Assembly: GCF_006345805.1 (NCBI RefSeq)
Contig: NW_021824684.1
Location: forward strand, 1 to 45,728
Length of the DNA: 45,728 nucleotides
DNA from: Octopus sinensis
Taxonomy: Eukaryota
Direction: 5' to 3'
This document shows positions 25,246 to 37,700 of the stretch, one piece after another (positions within the stretch are counted from its first letter, which is position 1; each line of letters opens with the position of its first letter). The notes beneath the pieces were generated by a model. It searched no databases, was not told the DNA's origin, and saw nothing but the letters and a program-made list of their open reading frames with translations. The translations under genes were made by a program, and so were the position numbers.

Positions 25246-25602
25246 ATCATCATCATCATCGTTTAACGTCCGCTTTCCATGCTAGCATGGGTTGGACGGT
25301 TCAACTGGGGTCTGGGAAGCCCGAAGGCTGCACCAGGCCAGTCAGATATGGCGGTGTTTCTACAGCTGGATGCCCTTCCTAACGCCAACCACTCCGTGAG
25401 TGTAGTGGGTGCTTTTTATGTGCCACCGACACAGGTGCCAGTAGAGGCTGGCAAACGGCCATGCTCGGATGGTGTTTTTTACGTGCCACCGACACAGAGG
25501 CAGGCGAGGCTGGCACGGCCATGATCGGATGGTGTTTGTTACATGCCACCAGCACGGAGGCCAGTCGATGCGGTGCTGGCTACGGCCACGTTTGGATGGT
25601 TC
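25246..25602 (-). mobile_element. RTE LINE 3' end fragment
   Basis: (CAT)n CGTTTAACGTCCGCTTTCCATGCTAGCATGGG, the reverse complement of the RTE tail. Confidence 0.88.
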
Positions 25603-25944
25603 GGATAAACAGACATATTAGACATAAATAGACATATCTCACCTGAGATAAATAGACATATTAGAAGATCTGACTTAACATTAGTTATATTGACAATGAG
25701 AATTTGTAAGACATTAAGCTAATGTCAGCACACACTGAGGTTACACTCTACTGAGGTTGCAACCTAAGCTCACTGCTTTATGGCAGTGAAACCAAGAGCA
25801 TATTCTCTAGACATGAGAGGTGATTTGATGCCTTCTTCCAATACAGCCTAAGATGAATTCTGAACACCAAATTGATTGATCTAGCTACCAGCAATGAGAT
25901 TCTGGCTCACACACAAGATACTCAACCCCACTGTACATTGTATG

Positions 25945-26185
25945 ACATTATATATTGTATTACATTGAAGAAAACTGGCTGACAACTTGCTGATCACTTT
26001 CAAGGGCATATTCAAAGCATACTCCTATGTATGCTAGAGCAAGCTGACACCATCCACTTCAACACTACCAGCCATTAAATCATTCGCATATAAGTGTGTG
26101 GCATTACTGCTCACCATGGACCCACATAGTCAAGGAAAGAGAAGGATCAAAATTTCATATTCAAACTTAGCTCCCGGTCACCATG
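25945..26185 (+). mobile_element. Decayed Penelope-like GIY-YIG endonuclease fragment
   Basis: Broken frames give LYYIE..TG*QLADHFQGHIQSI..IHFNTTSH..KDQNFIFKLSSRSP, resembling YIGxTGRxLxxRFxEH...HFN...EQxFIFxLG. Confidence 0.55.
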
Positions 26186-26201
26186 TCACTGATAGGTTTA
26201 A

Positions 26202-26422
26202 CCCTTTAGTGTTCACATTATTCTGCCAAAATTAATCCTTTTTCATCCACATTGTTTTGAACTAATCATGTATTATCTTGTAGTTATGAGATTTTGATGA
26301 GGTAGCTATTAATTTTTAAGATGATATTGTAGGGTTGGTGTGAGAGACCAGATCTGGCCAGTTTGAACATAAAACAAGCAGAATACTTTTGGCCGGATAC
26401 AGCTGGTTTAAATGCTAAAGGG
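26202..26422. mobile_element. piggyBac-type MITE (TTAA TSD)
   Basis: TTAA|CCCTTTAG ... CTAAAGGG|TTAA. Same family as 40358-40579. Confidence 0.85.
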
Positions 26423-26674
26423 TTAAATGAAGATTTTTTTTCCTCCTCTGCAAATGGGGAAACCTGTAAAGGACATGCATTCTGTTCAGGAAAAAATGTT
26501 GGTCTGCCTGCCTGCTTGCCTGCCTGCCTGCTTGTCTGCCTGCCTGCTTGCCTGCCTGCCTGCCTGATTGGCTGCCAAGCCAGTACAGTGGCATCATTCA
26601 AAAGCTAAGACAATGTGAGATAGCACATAGTGACCAGCAATATTTAATAACATATAAAATCCTTAAATCCTTAA

Positions 26675-26975
26675 AAATATTTTAGCCCGAAGGACGCAGC
26701 CATGCTGGGGCACCACCGCTGAATGAGCTACACTAATATGTGAATCCACCTCTGATATGTGACACTTGACCAACAAGGGAGTTCGATGCCGCTGCCCGCA
26801 TCTGTGTCTCCTGTCGTGAGGTAGGTTCATCTGGGACACCCGACAAGAAGAGATCCAGTTTAGTTTTAAAGAAACTCACATCCACACCATGCAAGTCTCT
26901 CAGGTATTTAGGGAGGATGTTAAAGAGCTGTGGTCCTCTGAAACCCAAGCTTATAATAGTCTTCCCTATTTGCAG
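26675..26975 (-). mobile_element. CR1/L2-like LINE 3' end (ORF2 C-terminus plus short UTR)
   Basis: SLGFRGPQLFNILPKYLRDLHGVDVSFFKTKLDLFLSGVPDEP...ASNSL, followed by GGTGGTGCCCCAGCATGGCTGCGTCCTTCGGGCTAAAA. Confidence 0.8.
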
Positions 26976-27165
26976 TTGAGGAGATTGGAACAATGTGAAT
27001 CAAAGCATTTTGTGCAAAAACAGAACACACCACAACTGGTCTTGAGAATTGAAACCACAACCTTGCAATCATAAGTACGACATTTAAACCACTGGGTCAT
27101 GGCTAATACAGTGATATGAGTATTTATGTTGTCCAAATCATATCAACATAGAGCATGGACATTAA

Positions 27166-27216
<51 letters not shown>

Positions 27217-27517
27217 ATGTATGTAGACATTTATGTATGTATGTATGTATGTATGTATGTATGTATGTATTTATGTATGAACACATATTGTAAACTGAAA
27301 AAAATCAATAAGTTAGAGACAAATGCTTCAGACAAAAACAAAATAAAATAAAATTTCAGTTTCTAATATAAATTTATTTAAAGAAATTTCTTTGCTTTCT
27401 TAGGAAAGTCTTAGTTTTCTTGATATACTTTTATATTTTATCCTTGTGTATACTTTGTATTCTTCCACAAACATAAGTATACACAAACACACACGCATAC
27501 ATATATATATATATAAT

Positions 27518-27564
<47 letters not shown>

Positions 27565-28336
27565 ATATTTATAATATATATATTTATACGTATATATCTA
27601 GTGTATGTACATCTATACATACACAAATATGTATGTATATATATATATATGTATATATATGTATATATGTATATTTGTGTGTGTGTATATATATATTGCT
27701 GTATAATATAAAAATATATATATATATATCTATATATATATATATACAATATATATATGGAAACATGTATGTATACACATACATATGCAAATGTAATATA
27801 TATATATATATATATATATGTGGATATGTGTATGCGTGTTTATGTGTATATGAATGTGTACGTATGTGTATGCACTCATTATTTCTAGATATTAAGTTAA
27901 ATTTATTTTTTTGTGCTGATATTTAATTCAACAAAATCAAGAATGGAGACAAAAAAAAACATGTACTTTTTTCAAAAATTAAACAATAATAACGAAGAAG
28001 CTAACGATAATAATGTGCAAAAGAAGAAGAAAAAGCAAGCAGAAAGAAAGGAAGAAATAATAGCAGTTTCATTTTACATATATATTTCTGTGATTTTCTT
28101 TTTCTTTTAAAGAATCTGTTGTCTCATGTATATATTCATTTAGAGTTTTGTCTCAACAGATTACAAATTATATTTACTGCAATGCTGCAATGAATATTTC
28201 GCACATAGTGCACAAATATGCATATACACAGTTTTATATATATATATATATATATATTTATACACACCCCCGTGTGTATATGTATATATATCTTTCTACA
28301 TGCATGCACATGCACACTTTGTACATATGCGTATAT

Positions 28337-28398
<62 letters not shown>

Positions 28399-28598
28399 CA
28401 TACATATATATATATATATATATAGTATAATACATATATATATATAAGCATACATATGTATATGTTTTTTTGTATAGTATACACATGCACTCACATATAT
28501 ATATATATATATAATATATATATATCATATATCTATAATCCGTGTGTGTGTGTGTATATATATATTATATTTATATCTATATATATATACATACATAC

Positions 28599-28630
<32 letters not shown>

Positions 28631-30032
28631 ATATACACACACACCTATATAGATCACATGCATATATATATGTTATATATATATATATATATAATATATT
28701 ATATTATATATATATATTCCTATATGTATATACCATGTATACATATGTATGTATACACTACACAAACGCCCACAACTCACAGCCAAATGTTTATGTGTAT
28801 GTATAAATACTACTGGGATTTAATGAAACGATATTTAGAAAACTATGTAACTTAATGTAATTAATCCTTCAATAAATTTATGACCTTGGTGTTTCAGCGA
28901 AAGGAGCCAGTATGAATTTCTATTAAGTTAAAGCTTAGCAAAGAGAATTGGCAGGATAAGCAAACATGTATATCTGTCAGATTCCTGACGCTACATACCA
29001 AACAATTATTAACTCATGATGGAACCATTGCAGGATATCAGTGTTCGTGTATATTAAGCAAAATAATAAATATCAACAGCAATAAGAACAGCAATAAGAA
29101 CAACAATAAGAATAGCGGTAAAAATAGAATGAAATTAAAGTAAAATAATAATCTTAATAAGCAGCATACTAAGAGGTGTAACAACACAGAAACATGAACT
29201 TACAGAGATACACACAAACACATGAAAACGTACATTAGTATATACATATATATATGTATACGTATATATATAATTATATACATACACATACATATACACA
29301 TATATTTATACATATGTATACTTATATATGTGCATATATATGTACATATATATACATGTATATACAAACATATATATACATATATATACATATATATACA
29401 CACACATATGTCTACATACATATATGTATACATAGATATATACATATTTATGTATATATATATGCATATATATATATATATATTATATATATATATATTA
29501 TACACGCATATATATGTACATATATATACATATATAAACATATACATGCACACATATATTTATACAGATATATATACATATATATATACACATATTTATA
29601 CACACACATATATTTACATACGTATATATATATATATATATACATGTATATGTATATATACATATATATACACATATATATGCATATATATAATATATAT
29701 ATATCTATATATATATAATACATGTATATATATGCACATATATATATATGCATATATAGTAGGTACTGCAAATTAAGAGTGAATACTTGATAAGTGTACC
29801 GCGATATCCTTTGTGTTCTGTTTTTGATTTTATTTGATATATGCATACATATATATATATATATATACATATATGTACATGCATATATAATATATATCAT
29901 ATATATGTATATATAGATAGATTGATATATATATATACACACTCATATGTATATATATATTATATATATATATATCATATATGCATATATATATTTATAT
30001 ATATCACATATATTTGCAGCTATAATCTACAC

Positions 30033-30073
<41 letters not shown>

Positions 30074-31031
30074 ATATATAATATATATTTATAAATATAA
30101 ACACATATATGTTTATGTATATATATATATATATATATTATATAATATATATATATATATATTATATTATATGTGTATGTGTGTGTATATGTGTGTCTGT
30201 GTGTCTGTGTGTTGTTATAACTTCATACATACATGAACAGTTATAAATATATTCATGCTGACATAACTATGTCAACTTCGTGCAGTCTAGATAATGTCAT
30301 CAACCAAATTTTCACGTACATACATGCATATACACACATACATACACACATACACACACAAACACACACACACACATATACACACAGACATACACATATA
30401 TGTGGTAGATTTAGATTACATTATGTATATCCAATTTATATCCTGATATATAATTGTGAAAAACAAATTTCTTTTTCTCCTTCTAATATTTGTTATGCTG
30501 TATATCACATCTAATATTACACGAGGCTTTAGCCATGGTGTTGTGCAGTAGGTGATAGGAGGTGTGAAATATATCGTAGATATTTGCTTTGTTTAGGGAA
30601 TCAAGAGTAACCCTTATTACACACACCAACGAAACTATAAACAACAACAACAGCAATGATGAAAACAGAAGCAACAGTACAAAATGCTATAAAACACTCA
30701 TCAAAACGGAAAAATAGGGATCACCAAGAAAACACTTTGTATAAGAAAATAAATTAAAATAAAGCAGAAGAAATGTATGAAATGAACTATTCATTCATGA
30801 GTAAAGTGTGTCTACATTTTGACATCTTTATGTATTTTATAGAAGCTTGAGGTCTCAATTCTTTTCATATATGTCTCTATCTATTATCAATTTATATATT
30901 TCTTTCTGTTTCTCTGTATGTATGTATGTATGTATATACATATTCATATAAACATACATACACACAAAAACACACATTCAGACACATACATATATATACG
31001 TGTGTGTGGGTATATATGTATGCATGTGTAT

Positions 31032-31065
<34 letters not shown>

Positions 31066-31340
31066 ATTATATATATATATGTAAATATCAATCTGTTCAT
31101 TTGATATGTATATATATAATATATATTTATAAATATATATATATTGTGAAGTATAGTGGCACCTAAATGTCGCCGACCCATATGGGATGATGCTACTGTA
31201 GTTTATAGCCCCAGGAAGACATCTCTGATACCTATATATATATATCATATTAATATATATAAATATAATGCAGATATATATATCACATTATATTCATATG
31301 TATAAATATAATGTATATATATATATATATATATATATAA
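27166..31340. repeat. Extended microsatellite-rich tract: (ATG)n, (TATG)n and degenerate (TA)/(CA) blocks with short unique spacers
   Basis: Major blocks at approx. 27166-27280, 27480-27870, 28235-28760, 29240-30210 and 30915-31340. Confidence 0.9.
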
Positions 31341-31508
31341 GGTTAGTTGAGTTAGGGATTAAAATAATCATCTAAAGAATAGAAGTATCCATTACTCTAC
31401 GTGTGTATTACCTATGTTTAACCATGGGCATACATATGCAAACATATTATGCTCATAAGTTATAGGTAAAGACAAGGATAAACATGGGTTTATCAAGAAT
31501 CAAAATTT

Positions 31509-32866
31509 AAAGAAAACAGAAAATGGAAAAGTACCGAGGAACCACAATTGACTTACATCAATTATTATTTATTTATTCAATGCAAACAGACTGCTTCCAA
31601 TGTTGTATGGTATTGCCATTGATATGTAAAGTATGTAAAAACATTAACCCCTTACCCAACAATTATTTTGAAAATAAATGTATTTTTTCAGACATATTTT
31701 TTATTGTTTTATTTTACTATGTTTTGAATGGTGATTTCGAGGTATATTTCAAACCTTATTTATTATGAATTTAATTCAATAATATTGATTTTAAATTACC
31801 GCATTTGGGGCAGAAACGAGTTAACCCGTTTTTAGACGAAGGAACTCGTTTGCTGTCGATTTTGGCGAGTCTATCTTTTGACGAGTTAACTCGCCAGAGA
31901 TAGAAAAAAACGATTTCGGTCAAAACGCATATATTCGTTTCTGCCGGGTAAGGGGTTAATCATATTTGGTAATAAAACCGATCTGAAACAAGGAGCTCCT
32001 TCAGAGTGAAGAATAAGTTTTTTTAAAGAAAGAGAAAAGTTCAGCTTTTCTGTTTTTACTTCTCTATGCTCTTCCTCTTGTTTGAGATCGGTTTTATTAC
32101 CAAATATGATTAATATTTTTACATACATCGAAATTAAAATTGAATGGATATTGTAGTTGTGATACTGTGCCGGTGGCATGTAGGGCCTCACAGAGGAATG
32201 ACGATGACCGAGACCTCTGAGATATGCTGTGACTGTGAAGACCCGACAAATGAAGTGAGTTCATGGCTCGCAGGATGGCCTGCTGTGCTAACCTTGGATC
32301 GTAGAGTGACCCGCTGTTTTTGAGGAGACCTATTGAGTCAAGTACATCAACACCAATATCAAAATAAAAATCAAATGGAAATTGTAGTAAAGATACCCGT
32401 GCTGGTGACACATAAAAAGCACTGTCCAAATGTGACTGATGCCAGTGCCGCCTGACTGGCGTCCATGTCGGTGACACTTGAAAGCACCAACCAATCGTAG
32501 CAGTTTGCCAGTCCCCTCTGGACCCTGTGCCAGTGGCACATAAAAAGCACCCACTACACTCATGGAGTGGTTGGCGTTAGGAAGGGCATTCGGCTGTAAA
32601 AACACTGCCAGATCAGACTGGAGCCTGGTGCAGCCTTCTGGCTTCCCAGACCCCGGTCGAACCGTCCATCCCATGCTAGCATGGAAAACGGATGTTAAAC
32701 GATGATGATGATGATGATGACTTTGCATATCAATGGCAATGCCATACAACATTGAAAGCAGAAACAGCTGTTAGATGGGATGCAGTCTATTTGCATTGAA
32801 TTAATAAATAATATTGATGTAAGTCAATTGTTGTTCAACACTACTTCTCTATTTTCTGTTTTCTTT
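31509..32866. repeat. Interrupted long inverted repeat (arms ~175-200 bp, spacer ~80 bp)
   Basis: Left arm 31509-31647 plus 31956-31995; right arm 32075-32126 plus 32720-32866. The arms are reverse complements once the insertions are removed. Confidence 0.85.
31648..31955. mobile_element. piggyBac-type MITE (TTAA TSD, TIR CCCCTTACCC)
   Basis: TTAA at 31644-31647 and 31956-31959; CCCCTTACCC / GGGTAAGGGG. Confidence 0.85.
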
Positions 32867-33603
32867 ATATATATATATTCATATTTATGCCTTGGCTGGC
32901 TTCCGTGCCGGTGGCACGTTAAAAGCACCAACTGACCGTGGCCGATGCCAGACCCCCCTGGCACCTGTGCAGGTGGCACGTAAAAAGCACCCACTACACT
33001 CACGGAGTGGTTGGCGTTAGGAAGGGCATTCGGCTGTAAAAACAACTGCCAGATCAGACTGGAGCCTGGTGCAGCCTTCTGGCTTCCCAGACCCCGGTCG
33101 AACCTTCCATCCCATGCTAGCATGGAAAACGGATGTTAAACGATGATGATGATGATGATGACTTTGCATATCAATGGCAATGCCATACAACATTGAAAGC
33201 AGAAACAGCTGTTAGATGGGATGCAGTCTATTTGCATTGAATTAATAAATAATAATTGATGTAAGTCAATTGTTGTTCAACAATACTTCTCTATTTTCTG
33301 TTTTCTTTATATATATATATATCATATTATATGCCTTGGCTGGCTTCCGTGCCGGTGGCACGTTAAAAGCACCAACTGACCGTGGCCGATGCCAGACCCC
33401 CCTGGCACCTGTGCAGGTGGCACGTAAAAAGCCACCCACTACACTCACGGAGTGTTTGGCGTTAGGAAGGGCATCCAGCTGTAGAAACACTGCCAGATCA
33501 GACTGGAGCCTGGTGCAGCCCCGCTTCCCAGACTCCGGTCGAACCGTCCAACCCGTGCTGGCATGGAAAACGGACGTTAAACAATGATGATGATGATGAT
33601 GAT
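32127..33603 (+). mobile_element. Three RTE LINE 3' end fragments (32127-32719, approx. 32888-33160, approx. 33332-33603) with a ~440-bp tandem duplication
   Basis: Each fragment ends ...ATGGAAAACGGA(T/C)GTTAAAC..(GAT)n. The unique spacer 32720-32866 is repeated at 33161-33307. Confidence 0.88.
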
Positions 33604-33604
33604 A

Positions 33605-33640
<36 letters not shown>

Positions 33641-33890
33641 CATATATATACATATATATATGTATGTGTATGTGTGTGTGTGTGTGTGTGTTTGTATATC
33701 TATGCATGTATTCGTGTGCATTATGTATATACAAGTCATTAAAAGATATTCTATATTCCTTCCTTCCTTCAATATTTCTAACCATATTCCTCTATGAATT
33801 TAAAGAACTTTCCATTTAATGCGACCCTTATACGATATTTTACTTTATTCAACATGACCTACAATTATAAAAAAGACCCTCTACAACGAC

Positions 33891-33978
33891 CCACCACCAC
33901 CACCACCACCACCACCACCACCACCACCAAACCACATCCCACCCATTCTACCCACCACCACCACCACCACCACCACCA
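33891..33978. repeat. (CCA)n microsatellite
   Basis: Direct reading of the sequence. Confidence 0.9.
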
Positions 33979-34351
33979 TTACACACTGGTTTAATCCTTC
34001 GATGATCTGTAATGCTAGATACCGCAATGTATCACATGGAAATGATGAAATGATGAATGCAAGAAAAACATAACTTCCTGTGTGAATTTTGTGGGTGAAC
34101 ACGATTTCCTGCTGTCAAAGAGAAATGTGTCATCAAAGATGGGTGTGGCAGATATGTCTATTAAAAGGGTTAAAAGAGAAAGATAGGATCTATATATGCA
34201 ATGTATGCTGATCATTGATTATATACAACATCGAATTTAAAATCAGGACTTGTTCACTGACATCATATTCATAATTAAACACAAAACCCCGGTAAGTGAG
34301 TGCTTACATGGTAGCTTGAAGTACTAGAAATAGCAACCAAATAGCAACCAA

Positions 34352-34779
34352 AGGCGCAGGAGTGGCTGTGTGGTAAGTAGCTTGCTTACCAACCACATGG
34401 TTCCGGGTTCAGTCTCACTGCGTGGCATCTTGGGCAAATGTCTTCTGCTATAGCCCCGGGCCGACCAAAGCCTTGTGAGTGGATTTGGTAGACGGAAACT
34501 GAAAGAAGCCTGTCGTATATATGTATATATATATATGTATGTATGTGTGTGTATGTGTTTGTGTGTCTGTGTTTGTCCCCCTAGCATTGCTTGACAACCA
34601 ATGCTGGTGTGTTTATGTCCCCGTCACTTAGCGGTTCAGCAAAAGAGACCGATAGAATAAGTACTAGGCTTACAAAGAATAAGTCCTGGGGTCGATTTGC
34701 TCGACTAAAAGGCGGTGCTCCAGCATGGCCGCAGTCAACTGACTGAAACAAGTAAAAGAGTAAAAGAGTAAAAGAGTAA
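34352..34779 (+). mobile_element. SINE family A, full length
   Basis: Matches the family; (GTAAAAGA)n tail. Confidence 0.92.
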
Positions 34780-34967
34780 ATCTACATCAACTCAGACTAT
34801 GTTGTCTTATGAAAAAAAAAAATAAAAAGGGAAGGACAGATATTAGATAATGTAGTTCCAAGTAAACTACCACCTTCCAATCATGCCTTGAATTAGAAGA
34901 TTGGTTGGTTATGACTGGAATGTATTTGATATGTCTGCTCAGTCAGTATTGACCTAGGACTGAACAG

Positions 34968-35293
34968 TGAAGGCGCGTGGCTTAGTGGTTAGGGCATTCG
35001 GCTCGCGATTGTAAGGTCGTGAGTTCGATTCCCGGCGACGCGTTGAGTCCTTGAGCAGACCCTTTATTTCACGTTGCTCCAGTCCACTCAGCTGGCAAAA
35101 ATGAGTTGTACCTGTATTTCAAAGGGCCGGCCTTGTACCTTGCACACTTTGTGTCACGCTGAATCTCCCTGAGAACTATGTTAGGGGATGTGTGTCTGTG
35201 GATTGCTCAGTCACTTGCACGTTAATTTCATAAGCAGGCTGTTCCGTTGATCGTATCAACTGGGACCCTCGTTGTCGTAACCGACGGAGTGCT
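34968..35293 (+). mobile_element. tRNA-derived SINE family E (own head, family D tail), 15-bp TSD
   Basis: Head GGCGCGTGGCTTAGTGGTTAGG...GAGTTCGATTCCC. TSD CCTAGGACTGAACAG at 34953-34967 and 35294-35308. Confidence 0.88.
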
Positions 35294-35343
35294 CCTAGGA
35301 CTGAACAGCAACAGCATTAACAAACGGTATAATAATTAAGTAA

Positions 35344-35758
35344 GGCGGCGAGCTGGCAGAAACGTTAGCACGCCGGGCGAAATGCTTAGCGGTATTTCGT
35401 CTGCCATTACGTTCTGAGTTCAAATTCCGCCGAGATCGACTTTGCCTTTCATCCTTTCGGGGTCGATAAATTAAGTACCAATAAAGCACTGGGGTCGATA
35501 TAATCGACTTAATACCTATGTCTGTCCATGTTTGTCCCCTCTATGTTTAGCCCCTTGTGGCTAATAAAGAAATAGGTATTTCGTCTGTCGTTACGTTGTG
35601 AGTTCAAATTCTGCCGAGGTCAACTTTGCCTTTCATCCTTTCGTGGTCGATAAATTAAGTACCAGTTACGCACTGGGGTCGATATAATCGACTTAATACC
35701 TATGTCTGTCCTTGTTTGTCCCCTCTATGTTTAGCCCCTTGTGGGTAATAAAGAAATG
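35344..35758 (+). mobile_element. SINE family B dimer, 18-bp TSD
   Basis: TSD GGTATAATAATTAAGTAA at 35326-35343 and 35759-35776. Internal junction AAAGAAATA|GGTATTTCG at approx. 35575. Confidence 0.9.
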
Positions 35759-36009
35759 GGTATAATAATTAAGTAAATAATGTGAAGTGTCAGCATTGGT
35801 TAAAACTTGAACATGTAATAGTTGTTTTTGTTGTCGTTAATAGCCCAGATTAATGTGACAAGTTGATAGAAGCATCAGCATACCAGGCAAAAAGGTTAGT
35901 AGCATTCCATCCATCATTATGTTCTGAGTTCAAATTTCACAAAAGTTGAATTTGCCTTTCATCCTTTTGGTGTCCATAAATCAAGTATCAGTGAAACATT
36001 GGGATCAAT

Positions 36010-36269
36010 TACGGAGATATACTCGCATAGCAAGTGATTTGATCTGAGATCGTGTGCTGGAACGAAAACAATTGCAGCATGGAAGGTGTTTGTAAGCCAT
36101 TTAAGAAACACACAAAGCCGTGAAATGCAGCACGGAATTTTGTCAGTGAACAGGTCGCAGATGTAAGCGAGGAAAATATTTTGACAAATTAAACTTAAAT
36201 GTTGAAGTGAATCGAATGGCTTTTGTGTGTTTCTTAAATGGCTTACAAACACCTTCCACGCTGCAATTG
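36010..36269. mobile_element. Hammerhead-bearing insert with ~50-bp internal inverted repeat and 12-bp TSD, inside a diverged SINE B
   Basis: TSD ATTGGGATCAAT at 35998-36009 and 36270-36281. Inverted repeat at approx. 36069-36120 and 36217-36269. Confidence 0.75.
36139..36188 (+). ncRNA. Minimal type-I hammerhead fold, G3:C8 core variant
   Basis: TTTGTCA | GTGAACA | G GTCGC-AGATGTAA-GCGAG | GAAA | ATAT | TT | TGACAAA. 7-bp helix I and palindromic helix III. The helix II closing pair is G.G in this copy. Confidence 0.6.
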
Positions 36270-36384
36270 ATTGGGATCAATGTAATCGATTAGTCTCCTC
36301 CCCCCAAATTTCAGGCCTTGAGCCTTCAATAGAAAGGATTATTAGCTCAGGTCAACTTGAATTCAAGAGACCTATAATTGATTT

Positions 36385-36592
36385 CACATTTTGACACAAG
36401 GCCAGCAATTTTGGTGGAAGGCGTAAACAGATTACAACGACCCCAGTGCTCGACTGGTACTTATTTTATCAACCCTTAATGGATGAAAGCAAAGTTGATC
36501 TCAGCAGAATTTCTACTCAGAGTGTATAGACAGATGAAATGCATCTAAGCATTTTTACCAGTATGTTAACGTTTCTTTTAGCTCACCACCTC
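36385..36592 (-). mobile_element. SINE family B-related, diverged
   Basis: Reverse-orientation core ACTGGTACTTATTTTATCAACCC...GGATGAAAG. Confidence 0.7.
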
Positions 36593-37119
36593 ACAAAAGA
36601 CCTATAAGTAATCAAACTCATTCTAAACAAAACCAGCCATGATTACATTGTGTAGGCACATAGCCTTAGGGTTACAGTATTGCATTATAGATCATAAGAT
36701 TTCTGTTTCAATTCCTGGACCAGGGGGTGTTTTGTGCTCTTGAGCAAAACTTTTCATTTCATGTTGCTCCAGTTCATTCACCGGTCAATGCGTTAACCCT
36801 GTGATGATCCAGCATCCTGTTGTAACCACAGCCACTTATCCTCATTGGAAACCAGATCAAGCTCTAACTCGATGAGTCCAACAGCTCATGCAAAAAAACA
36901 AAATAAAATGTTGTATGCCCTTTTTTTTTGTTTAAGATAATTATAGTCCAATTTGAGAATGATTTGCTTGTTATTTCTAATAGATGAAACGATTACATAT
37001 AGTTTTCCATGTTGGTTCATAATTTCCCACATCAGGTGTATTACTAATCTCAGATTTGAGTTATGAGTCATATGAACGAAACCATGAGTAAGACTAAATA
37101 TTTATATATCCATAAGCCT

Positions 37120-37700
37120 GTGAGCTGGCAGAATCATTAGCACACCTGGAGAAATGCTTAACGATATTTCATCTGCTGCTACATTCTGAGTTCAAATGCC
37201 ACCGAAGTCGATTTTGCCTTTCATTCTTTCGAGGTCGATTAAATAAGTACCAGTTACGCACTGGGGTCGATGTAATCGACTTAATCCGTGTGTCTGTCCT
37301 TGTTTGTCCTCTCTTTGTTTAGCCCCTTGCGGGTAGTAAAGAAATAGGTATTTCATCTGCCATTATGTTCTGAGTTCAAATTCTGCCGAGATCCACTTTG
37401 CCTTTCATCCTTTCAGGGTCAATAAATTAAGTACCAGTTATACACTGGGGTCGATGTAATCGACTTAATCCCTTTGTATGTCCTTGTTTGTCCCCTCTAT
37501 GTTTAGTCCCTTGTGGGCAATAAAGAAATAAGAATCGTTAGCAGCTTTTTGTCTGTCTTTACATTCTGACTGCAAATGTTGCTGGGGTCAACTTTTACTT
37601 TCATTCTTTTGGGGTTGATAAAATAAGTAACAGCTGAACACTGAGGTTGTTGTAATTCTGCCTCCTAAGCTTGCAGGCCTTGTACCAAAAGAAGAAACCA
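37120..37700 (+). mobile_element. SINE family B dimer (approx. 37120-37530) followed by an older B-related body
   Basis: Junction AAAGAAATA|GGTATTTCATCTG at approx. 37347. Confidence 0.82.

Larger units (their letters stand above)
23720..25920 (+). mobile_element. Old RTE/BovB-like LINE RT region, decayed and interrupted by two younger RTE tails
   Basis: Motifs QLQKKCRDQ, LYITFIDLAKTFELVSRDGL, SGLKQGCAL, LFADDMALA, FGLKISPKKTKV and LLYGSET. Confidence 0.8.

Noticed and set aside
33783-33860. Minus-strand mini-exon VMLNKVKYRIRVALNGKFFKFIEEY
   Set aside because: Splice-like ends are present, but there is no recognisable homology or linked exon.
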